A stretch of 64,000 nt of DNA from Octopus vulgaris (Eukaryota), in the NCBI GenBank assembly GCA_951406725.2, contig OX597814.1, positions 95,294,001 through 95,358,000 of the forward strand, given 5' to 3'. This document shows positions 54,410 to 64,000 of the stretch, in pieces. Position numbers and translations under genes: made by a program. Below the pieces are notes generated by a model that did not search any database, was not told the DNA's origin, and saw only the letters and a list, made by a program, of their open reading frames with translations. Within the stretch, counting starts at the first letter, position 1. Each line of letters begins with the position of its first letter.

Positions 54410-55110
54410 TCTCTCTCACACACACACACTCACACTCTCTCACACACATACACACACACACATGCACATGTACTACACACACATATGACATCTGCTTTTG
54501 TAATGCAGCACAAAAAGAAACAATTGAAATTGTCTTGAAGAGACGTATGAAGGACATTAAAGAAAAACTCCATTTACTTTTTGATAAAAACTTTTTTTTA
54601 AATAGAAATAAAACATAACTGAGAGCAGTTAAAAAGTTTTATTCTTTTTGAAATTTAGAAAGACTATGTTTACCATCAACAATCACTATGAAAGGTACAG
54701 TGTTAACCAGGTAATAAGTATAGTCCCAAAAACGCCCCCAAAAAGACGAGTACTCTTGAAAGGTCACTGCAACCCTATCCCCTTAATAGCCAACTGTGAC
54801 CTTAAAGTGAAATAGGTTATATATAAGAAAAGGAAACAAGCAACTATAAAAGAGAGGGGGAGGAGTCAGTGAAATAGGGAGATATATGTTCATTCTTACA
54901 GGGAAAGAATGAGGAAGAGTGAACCCAAAACGAAAGACAGAGAACGAGAGGAAGACAAGATAGGAAGAGGAGGAGAAAAAGAAAAACAGAAAGGATACAG
55001 CAAAGGAACGAAAAAGAAAAGCAAAGATTAAATTTATGTGTATATATATATATATATATATATTTATTTATTTATATGTATATATATATGTATATGTATG
55101 CATATATAGC

Positions 55111-55144
<34 letters not shown>

Positions 55145-56217
55145 CATATATGTCTAATTTTAGGTGTTACAACCTCATCTCCACCAACGACCCACTAAAA
55201 ATTTACAAAGAATTTCTAGAATATAACTGAAAAACATTCCAGCTCATTAAATAGCTATTTGCTTCAATGGTCTATGGAAAGAAGAAGAAAAAAATAATAA
55301 AAGAAAGAGTGACTAGAAATAGATGATGGTTTGATGGAAGTAGTGAGAAATGGACAGTTCCCACACTTGAGTTAAATCTGACACAAGTATGATTTGTTTC
55401 TCATTGGAGAATTCAGTGTTTGGAAAATAGCACCCTTCTGGTTAATAACAGAATAAGTTAAACAATATGAGCTGCATCTGATGACGAGAATCACAGCTGA
55501 CTGATTCCATAGGGAAGCAGGCTACAAGCTAGGGTTTGTGGCTCACATTCCATTAGTAAAAACACTGCAATGTGTCTCTGGTAAAGACGATAAACTCTCA
55601 ATGGCCTACCTAACGTTAACATTTTTTTTTTCCTAATATAAGTGCAGGCATGAGCGTGTAACTAAGAAATCTGCTTGGCAGCTATGGGGTTCTGGGTTCA
55701 GTCCCACTGCATGGCACATTGGGTTAGGGTCTGCTACAATAACCCCAGGCTGACCAATATCTTGAGAGTGAATGTGATAGATGGAAACTGTGTGTAGAAA
55801 TTCAAGGTGGTGCCCCAACATGGCTGCAGTCTAATAGGGATAGTTGTCTTACTATACAGAAGAAACTTGACTACCCCAGTAGAACAAGGAAGAAGGGAGA
55901 AAGATAGAGAGACAGTCAGAGTAAGAGAGAAATAGATGGTGTTGGAAATGTAGAGGGATACATCCACGGAGAACAGTGGGTGGTGGGGAATAACAATCAA
56001 GAAGTGATATTGAACCAGTGTGTGTCATTATTATTGGCCTAATGACCCTCCCAAAGCACAATATATATATATATATGTTCACATGTGCGCTCACACACAC
56101 ACACACACAGTTTACTTGTGCTCAAATCACACTATTTTATATATGTTTTTAACTGAAAAAACTGGGGTACAACTTATATACAGGTGCAATTAATGCACAA
56201 GTAAATGATGTGTATAT

Positions 56218-56450
56218 ATTTCTTTACTACCCACAAGGGGCTAAACACAGAGGAGACAAACAAGGACAGACAAATGGATTAAGTCGATTATATTGACCTC
56301 AGTGTGTAACTGGTACTTAATTTATCGACCCCGAAAGGATGAAAGGCAAAGTCGACCTCGGCGGAATTTGAACTCAGAACGTAATGGCAGATGAAATATG
56401 GCTATGCATTTCGCCCGGCGTGCTACCGTTTCTGCCAGCTCGCCGCCTTT
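56218..56450 (-). mobile_element. SINE family A, full monomer
   Basis: 13-bp TSD ATGATGTGTATAT (56205-56217, 56451-56463); CpG-rich, so probably young. Confidence 0.9.
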
Positions 56451-57341
56451 ATGATGTGTATATGTAAGTTTGTACATATGTATGTATGCATGCTAGCATA
56501 TAGGTATGCATTGAAAGATGCATATACATCAAAACATATATCAACAGTAATTAATTGACAATATATCATTAAACTCCAATACATTATAACAATGCAGTAA
56601 ACCCAGGAACAAACTAACATTTATATACAGAATCAGATAAAATAATCATGGAGAGCAACATATTTAAAATAAAAAGCAGTAAAGTAGATTTCACATGTGT
56701 TTCGTAATTTAATTATGCTCTTTAGCTGCTTCAGAGGGGTAAAACCTCATTATTTAAGTAATTATGTAATTAAAATACATAATTAATTAATTTAAAAGTG
56801 ATGTTAGGCATATTTTTTCACCCTTTTCATGTGAAGATATGGATAACACATCACTTTTAAATTAATCAAATTATTTTAATTATATAATTATGTTTTATTC
56901 CAGTAAAGTAGCTGTAGAGCACAATTAAATTATGACTTACACTTATGTATATGTGTGTGCATGTGTGTGTGTGTGTTTGTGTGTGTATGTGTGTGCGTGT
57001 GTGAGTGTATATATAAAGACAGACAAAATTTTAGCCAACTGCAGAATGCCCTTATAAAATGATAAAGGATGTAAACATCTGGTGTCTTTAAACAAAGATA
57101 CTTCACAATCAACCAAACCCAGTTTAAAGCATTATACTGCTGTCAATATTTCAGCCATATGCCATTAATTTGTTAGCAAAAGAGGGGTCCAAAAGTTTAA
57201 ATTACATTAGAATCCACTGAAAGGAGCTGTGAATTGATTCATACACCTGAAGCATACTGAGGAGGCCTTGAATAGTTATGCACCCTATCATCCAGTTACA
57301 CAGGGAGTCTACAATATATGCATGTGAAAATTTGGGACATA

Positions 57342-58225
57342 CAAGGGGGTACCCAAAAGTAATTGGAAATGTTCTCTGTGGGACAAGCCCATTATAGTTC
57401 AGGATTTGTCACTAGAAGCCACTTGATGCAACCCTCAGGTATCAATCTGCCAACCAGCAGCATCAAGTGTAGACCTACTGTCAAGAAGTGCATCTTTGTT
57501 TTGCAGTGCTTCTGTTTGTCAATTTTTGCAATGGCTGAAATGAAGGAACAGTATGCTTCTGTGAAAACCTGTTTTCTACTGATGAAAACAGTGGCTGACA
57601 CAGCTATCATACTTCAAAAAGCTTACATGGACGTCATCATGAGCAAAACACAAGTTTATGAGTGTTTTGCACACTTTACAAATGGTCACTTGTCACTTGA
57701 AGACCAATGTTACTCAGGGCAGCCATTAAATTTCCAAATTAATGAAAAAAACATCATGAAAATTCATGAATGGATCTTGGAAGACCATCACTGAACAACT
57801 GACAAACTTGTTGATATGACTGGTGTGTCCAGGAGCTCCTTCCAATGCATTTTGAGTGCAGAATTGTGAATGAAAAAAATTTGAGCTTTGCTTGCTCATG
57901 GAAGATCAAAAGCAGTCATAACTGAATGCATGTTGTGAACTGAAAGAGCAATTGGAAGTTGATCCAGACCTTTTTTCAAAGGTTATCATTGGTGACAAAA
58001 GCTGGTGTTACAGAATTTTCAGATGTGGAAGAAGTAAAGAAAAATGACAGAGGCTTTAAATGGCAACACTTCACAAGAGTTCCAGCACTGCTTCAAATAA
58101 AGGAAAATGTGCCTGGACATTGCTTCAAATGGAAAATACTTTGAAAGTGACAAAAATGTAAACATGTAAAACAAAGTGAATAAAATAATATTGCAAAATT
58201 CCAGTTTTTGGGGGGTACCTCCTCA
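57342..58225 (+). mobile_element. Internally deleted mariner DNA transposon
   Basis: TA flanks; imperfect TIRs C(A/G)AGG(G/A)GGTACCC; peptides MKEQYASVKTCF...MSKTQVYECFAHF...SLEDQCYSGQP (HTH region), DLFSKVIIGDKSWCY (first catalytic Asp region) and C-terminal ASNGKYFESDK. Confidence 0.88.
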
Positions 58226-58239
58226 TAATAATATAAATT

Positions 58240-58750
58240 AGATATTTTGGATGACCTAATTCATTCATAACTTTCGCCTACAACCTTGCATAGAATGAGA
58301 GAGATTAAAGATGAATGATTCGCAAGTCAGACAGCTAAAGACCACCATGAGTTCTTTGCAAGAGTATTTAAGGGAAACTTACAATGTTCATCAGTCTCAT
58401 CAAATAATAAAATTTTTGATGCTACACTACACAAGTGTATGTGCATAGTTTTGAATGACTGGAAAAAGGATTACCAAATGCTCTCATTTCATTGTGGTTA
58501 AAAGCAAAATTTAATTCTAATGATCCTAACAAAGAACTAGGCATATTTGAGACACACAATTCTGTAACATGTAAAATCCACAAAGTCCTTACATGAAACA
58601 TGCCAAATACAGTAAGAATTATTTTCATTAACTCCTGCAACAGACTCAACAGGCCAACATAGACATCTTTTATATCAATGAACGAAAGTAGGAGAAGATG
58701 GATTGAAACTTTCAAAAGCTGGATACTCATATATTTCATGTTTCAATAAT
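58240..58750 (+). pseudogene. Helitron Rep-domain remnant
   Basis: RYFG*PNSFITFAYN, QTAKDHHEFFARVFKGNL and E*LEKGLPNALISLWL match, in order, the Rep motifs PDLFITFTCN, DR.D..ARVF and EWQKRGLPHAHILLW. Confidence 0.75.
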
Positions 58751-60152
58751 ACAATTCCAAAAACTGTCCCTATATTCTATAGATGAAATATGTTACAAAC
58801 AAATTAAATTAAACTGGGGGAAGGGAATAGTTGATTATATCAACCCCAGTTTTTGACTAGGACTTATTTTATTGGCCTTGAAAGGATGAAATGCTAAGTT
58901 GACATTAAGAGGGTTTTAAACAACAAATTCATAAGATATGAGAATGTGTGGTGCTCATGCATTTCCCAAAGACATGCACTGTTGAAATGAAGAGGAATGC
59001 TTCCAACTAGGTATTAAAACCAAGTCACAAACTCACTCTGTTATATGGGTTAGCTCTAGTTAATAGTGCATTATTAATAATACTTTGATAAGTACATGAG
59101 TATGGTATGTATCTCTATGATATCAAGAATAGAATTGTTCTCTTAGCTCGTCAGACACCTCCCTATTATAAGTGACACTACACTGGCAACATAACAAGTA
59201 TAACTGTCACAAATTCCTTTTGTTCTTGGCTCCCTACTGGTAGAAATTTTTCTACTGTACATTAAATGAATTATTCTTACTTTCATTGAAGAAGGTATAA
59301 GAGGTGGATAGTATAAGCTGTAGAATGCCAGACAAAATATCTTTTATTTGATTGTGTTATGTCTCTTTATGCTCTGAATTCAAATTCTGATGGGATAATT
59401 TTTACATTTCAAATCCCAGAAATCAATAAGATAAACATCAATCAAGTACTGGTGTTGATTATATAAACAAAACTTTCCTGTCAGACATGTATGACCAAGC
59501 CACTTAATTCTGAACAGTCATGCCCACCTAACTGTAACTAGATACCACAAAGCAGTCTCATTCACACTGGAAACAGCAACAACATTGTAAAACAGAAGAA
59601 ATGTTACCTGTAAAAGATTTGTACTATTCAAGGAAAAATTTAACTCTCAACCATTTAGCACTATAAAATTAGAGACATGCACTGGCCTAATCATTTGTAG
59701 TGTTCTATGAAGGGGAATAATCATTATATTGGTACAATGTCACACATGTTGTGGAAGGTTATACAGTTAGAGATGAAGGGATGAAACAGTCCTACTAGGA
59801 TCTGAACTTATATCATAGAATGTTAAAGACATGCATTTAATTCTATTCTTTTCTGCTATTCCAATCACTTCAAATTAACAAGGCCATCAGTCCAGACAAT
59901 ATCCTTTACATTGCCCATTTATGTCTTAATTGTTTTCTTTTTTTTTTAATTGGATGGTTTTCTTATCATTAACTGTTGCAACAAAAATGCTGAGTGTGTT
60001 TAGTTATGATGCTAACATTAAGAGAAATGTTCTTATGTGTGAAGCATTCTCTACTCCATGTATTTTTGAGCCCCTGAAAGCAAAATAAAACAAAACTGAC
60101 CAAAAATTCCTGAAGAAAAAAATTAAAAGAAATAAAATATAATAGTACTTAC

Positions 60153-60485
60153 TTTTAGGGTCTCAAAGAATTGAGTTGGTTCTGTGAGTACATTCACTTG
60201 TTTCCCTGATAGTTTGAAACATGGTATATTGCTTCCAATCCAAGAGAAGCGATCAGTTTGATCACATTCTCTGTGTGAAGAAAGTCCTGGAGCTGAATTT
60301 GGGTTGGATTGGCATTTTGTCTCCAAATATTCTGGTATCTTTTCACTGAGGTTGAACATTTGGTGGTGAGTACATCTGCGATTAAAATGCAACAATAACA
60401 GTGCTGATAGCAACAGGATCAATGTCAAACTAACGATGATAACTGCAGCAACCATGAACAAAGAAACTATCAGTTCTAGAGCCAT
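60153..60485 (-). CDS. PGS1: First coding exon of a mitochondrial CDP-diacylglycerol--glycerol-3-phosphate 3-phosphatidyltransferase (PGS1-like), 111 codons
   Basis: DRFSWIGSNIPCFKLSGKQVNVLTEPTQFFETLK resembles vertebrate PGS1 HRFQWIRNLVPEFGVSSSHVRVLSSPAEFFELMK (recalled, not searched); ends at a phase-0 donor AAA|GTAAGT (60152-60147); ATG in ATAATGG context; polypyrimidine tract plus AG acceptor at 60599-60600 with an upstream in-frame stop. Confidence 0.78.
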
Positions 60486-60699
60486 TATCACATCAAAACA
60501 GGGACCATGAAATATGCTCTATGGAATTGGGCAATTTCTTCTCCAGGATTCTAAATTACTTCGATATAAGATCAACTGCTCTCAAAAATAGCCATCATCT
60601 TAAGGGGAGAAAAAGGAAAAAAACATCTGGTTAATGAAATGGAAATGAAGGGAGAATAAAATCTGGTTAAAAGAAATGGTAAATGAAGGAAGGAAGAAT

Positions 60700-61060
60700 A
60701 ACAGGGGTTTTAATGGGTTTCTTTTTTCTATATTTACTAATAAACAATCTGTGGACTTTTGTGATTCAATATTTACAAATAAAGAAGCATCACTTAAGCA
60801 ATTTCCCTCTAAGAACATAAGCAATTTCTCTCTGACAATTTGTTCCATGACCTTACTAATATAAGCAGTCAAAGAAATTGGCCTGAAATCATTAGCATTA
60901 GTTTTGCTTCTTTCTTCCTTATAGATAGGATAGTTTTTCAGGGGAGCTTACAATTTCCAAAGAAGCTTTGAAAATGCTTTAAAGGGATGTGATAAAATCT
61001 TTCCTGTATTTTTAGATGAATTGTTAGCAAACCACGAGAGCTTCTTGTTACAAAGTTCAG
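60700..61060 (-). mobile_element. CR1/Jockey-group LINE RT remnant
   Basis: NANDFRPISLTAYISKVMEQIVREKLLMFLEGN matches the RT N-terminal motif YRPISL...KV.E; frameshifted flanks; boundaries approximate. Confidence 0.75.
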
Positions 61061-61967
61061 CCTCATTTTCTCTATTGCAGACATTATATAATAATATTAA
61101 TGTAATTAATGGGTGCCGCTTTGCTAAACAAATTTGTAATCTATTATGAGTTCAAATCCTACCAGGGTTGACATTGCTTTTCACTCATCCAGAATCAATG
61201 AAACAAGTACCAGTAATAAACAGTATCCAATTCATTTTATTGTACCCACTCCTCACTCCCTTTTCAAAATTATGCACAACCAAGATAAATCAAACCACCA
61301 CAAGGTCCAGTTCTTGTGGTGTGTTGGTTTATATGCTTCAATGACCCTGAAAACTATGCCCATGGGGAACTAGCTACTTGAAGGGCTTCCCACGCAAGCC
61401 TAATATGGATCACCTCTTCCTAGAGGTAAAAATGGGTTTGTATAAGACTAAGACCCTTACCAAGAATAAGCAAAGTTGCTGAAGCATCAATCACAATACA
61501 AAATCAAAAAAACAGAACAGATAGCTCAGATTTAAAAACAGTGGAGAAAAATTGTTAATGGGGTATGCTCTTTATGGAGTGAAGAGCTTAAGTAAGTAAG
61601 CTAAATCAATGTTGAACGCATATAACTGAGAGGTAAAGTAAAATAGTGCATATTTTCTGAGACTACATTAAAATTATATATTTGAAAAGGAAAGGAAGAC
61701 CAGAAAAGATTTTTACTATCTCTTGATTTGAATGATTTTCATTATTTTCAACTTCAAGATATATGCAAAATATTGGATTCTAAGCAATCAGCAATTATTA
61801 ATTTTCAAAACATGCACACATAATAGCAGTGTGATATAAAAATTTGTTTTATATGTGATTCTAAATTTGAGTCCAAACTGCAGCATTTTGGGCAAAATGT
61901 TCTTCAACTTTGGGTTCACTAATGCATTGTGAATAAAATTAGATAGGCAGAAATTATGCAGAAGCCT

Positions 61968-62146
61968 GAGTTCAAATTCTACGTTCTGAGTTCAAATTCC
62001 GCTAAGGTCAACTTTACCTTTCATCCTTCCGGGGTCAATTAAATAAGTACCAGTTACGCACTGGGGTCGATATAATCGACTTAATCCGTTTGTCTGTCCT
62101 TGTTTGTCCCCTCTGTGTGTAGCCCCTTGTGGGCAGTAAAGAAATA
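61968..62146 (+). mobile_element. 5'-truncated SINE A inserted in a SINE B remnant
   Basis: 19-bp TSD AGAAA(T/C)TATGCAGAAGCCT at 61949-61967 and 62147-62165. Confidence 0.8.
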
Positions 62147-62709
62147 AGAAACTATGCAGAAGCCTTCTATATGCATGTGTATATGTATGTGTGGGCATAA
62201 TTTCATATCTTAGTTCATATTATGCACATACATGTGTGTGTGCATGTGTGTATGTGTGTGTGTGTGTGTGTACATGCATGCATGCATAAGTATATTATCT
62301 ACATGTATAAATTAAATTGGAACATTGTGTTGCATTCCTTTATGCCGAAGGTTAACTCACTTGTTCAACAAATAGATAGATTAATAAAATGATTACCAAA
62401 GTACTAGGGTCAATATAATTGACTAAAACTCTTGCAGGCTGTATTGCACTATCTCACAGTCCAGTCACTAAATCTAAATCCAATAGAATAAAAGTATGTG
62501 TGTGTGTGTGGCTTTGTGCAAATAAAAAGATGGTATAACTGAAAGCTAAGAAAAAAAAACCAGACAGCTTATGGGGACATATTATTGAGATGGCGTGCTG
62601 GCAGAGTCCATGGAACTGTTGACAGGCCCTGCCCTCACCAGCATCCACCTATATGGACAGTAGATATGTATATGCACTCAGGCATACATACAGACATACA
62701 TACATACAT

Positions 62710-62756
<47 letters not shown>

Positions 62757-64000
62757 TATTATGTATATATAAATATTATAAATTATACTTCTTGCTTCAA
62801 AGCATTGATAAGAATCAAAGTACATCAATGTATATAATACCACCAATTGGCTCGATAGAGTCACACAGAGCAGACAGTGAAATAATCCATAACATAATAA
62901 TGTTGGTGGACTGGTATGAGTTAAAGGCTTTCTAGGTATGTCCATCCTATCTTTGTTCAGTGTGTCCCACCCTGTTTAAGACTATAAAGTATGATTTAAG
63001 AGAGATTTTAATGCTGTTTCTAGCAAGTCAAGTAAATGAGGTAAAGGATACCTTGTTAGCTTGATAGTTTAGTGCTCTACTGCAAAGCCATTTCCCTCTT
63101 TTTTTTCTTAACTTCTGAAGTGTATTTGGTTGTAGATTTTTGTTTTCTAAAATCTATGTCACTATTAAATAAATACTATCCATTTGTATTCCTCAATTCT
63201 GATTGTTTGATATTTTGTTTGTAGTTACCTTTTTTCTGCCCTTCTGTTTCTGTCTGTCCCTCCTCCTCTTACTTTTATAAAATTTACAGTTAAGATTCTC
63301 TATTACTTTGTTTTTTTTTATATTTCCACAATTGTATAAAATCCAACTCACTTGAGACTTACAGTTTTAAAGTAATTGAAATAAAAAGCTTCCACCAAAA
63401 ATTTCCAAGTTTCCAAGTATCAGTTTAAAAATAAAATTATTTTACTAAACTATTATTTTAAAAATTAATTGAAACAAAACCTTGTATATTTCAACAGAAA
63501 TAAAGTAACAAATGGCTTAATCATAGGGTGGGTGTGTGTGTGTGCATGTACATGTAGACATATATGTATGTTTGTATGTATGTATTTCCTTTTTATTTAT
63601 TATTGCTGTTTGTAATAAAAGAAAAAAGTTCCATCATTGGCACTTGGCTAACATCAGTAATAACTGTTTGTTCCACTTACACATTGTATCCATAAAATAT
63701 ATGGTAGCAAACTTTATACATACACACACACACACACACACACATGCACAAACAAATAAATAATTATATATACATATAACTACATATCAAAAGGATCAAA
63801 GGTCTTTCATGAGTCAAGGGCACATAAGGCAAGTTTCCCAGATTTTGTGGCATATATATTTACCCACTGGATGGGACACTGTCTATCACAGGACTATTTG
63901 ACAACTGAGTGGACAGAAGCAACATGAAATAATGTGTTTTACTCAAGAACACAACTTATCATCCAGTCCAGGAAATGAAACCACAATCTGGTGTGTGTGT

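Noticed and set aside
55470-55510. CTGATGA at 55478-55484
   Set aside because: No stem II-GAAA-UH arrangement follows.
56685-56735. Minus-strand GAAACACATGTG with upstream CTAAAGA
   Set aside because: Core mutated and stem I absent; cannot be supported.

Overview
AT-rich eukaryotic DNA, dense in microsatellites ((TA)n, (CA)n, (CAT)n, (TAA)n, (GAA)n) and interspersed repeats. The repeat repertoire suggests an octopus/cephalopod genome (inference). Almost all ORFs in the supplied track are translations of simple repeats. The only host-gene coding sequence I can support is a minus-strand exon (60153-60485) resembling the N-terminal part of phosphatidylglycerophosphate synthase PGS1; I found no further PGS1 exon, so most of the window may be one very long intron. 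Mobile DNA includes a young 5'-truncated RTE LINE with a PHD-type zinc finger inside its RT domain, three tRNA-derived SINE families, R4/Dong-like and CR1/Jockey-like LINE remnants, mariner, hAT and Helitron remnants, and several MITEs. The main signal is about 11 loci carrying type I hammerhead ribozyme (HHR) folds, from intact to decayed, that belong to largely unrelated non-coding elements. These usually sit in (TA)n tracts, are often folded back as inverted duplications, and have different palindromic stem III sequences, which is the signature of Penelope-like element (PLE) termini or retrozyme-like elements. One of them (38114-38664) is a TSD-flanked head-to-head palindrome combining a tRNA-type Pol III head with a hammerhead tail. 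All structures were read by eye; no folding or database search was run.
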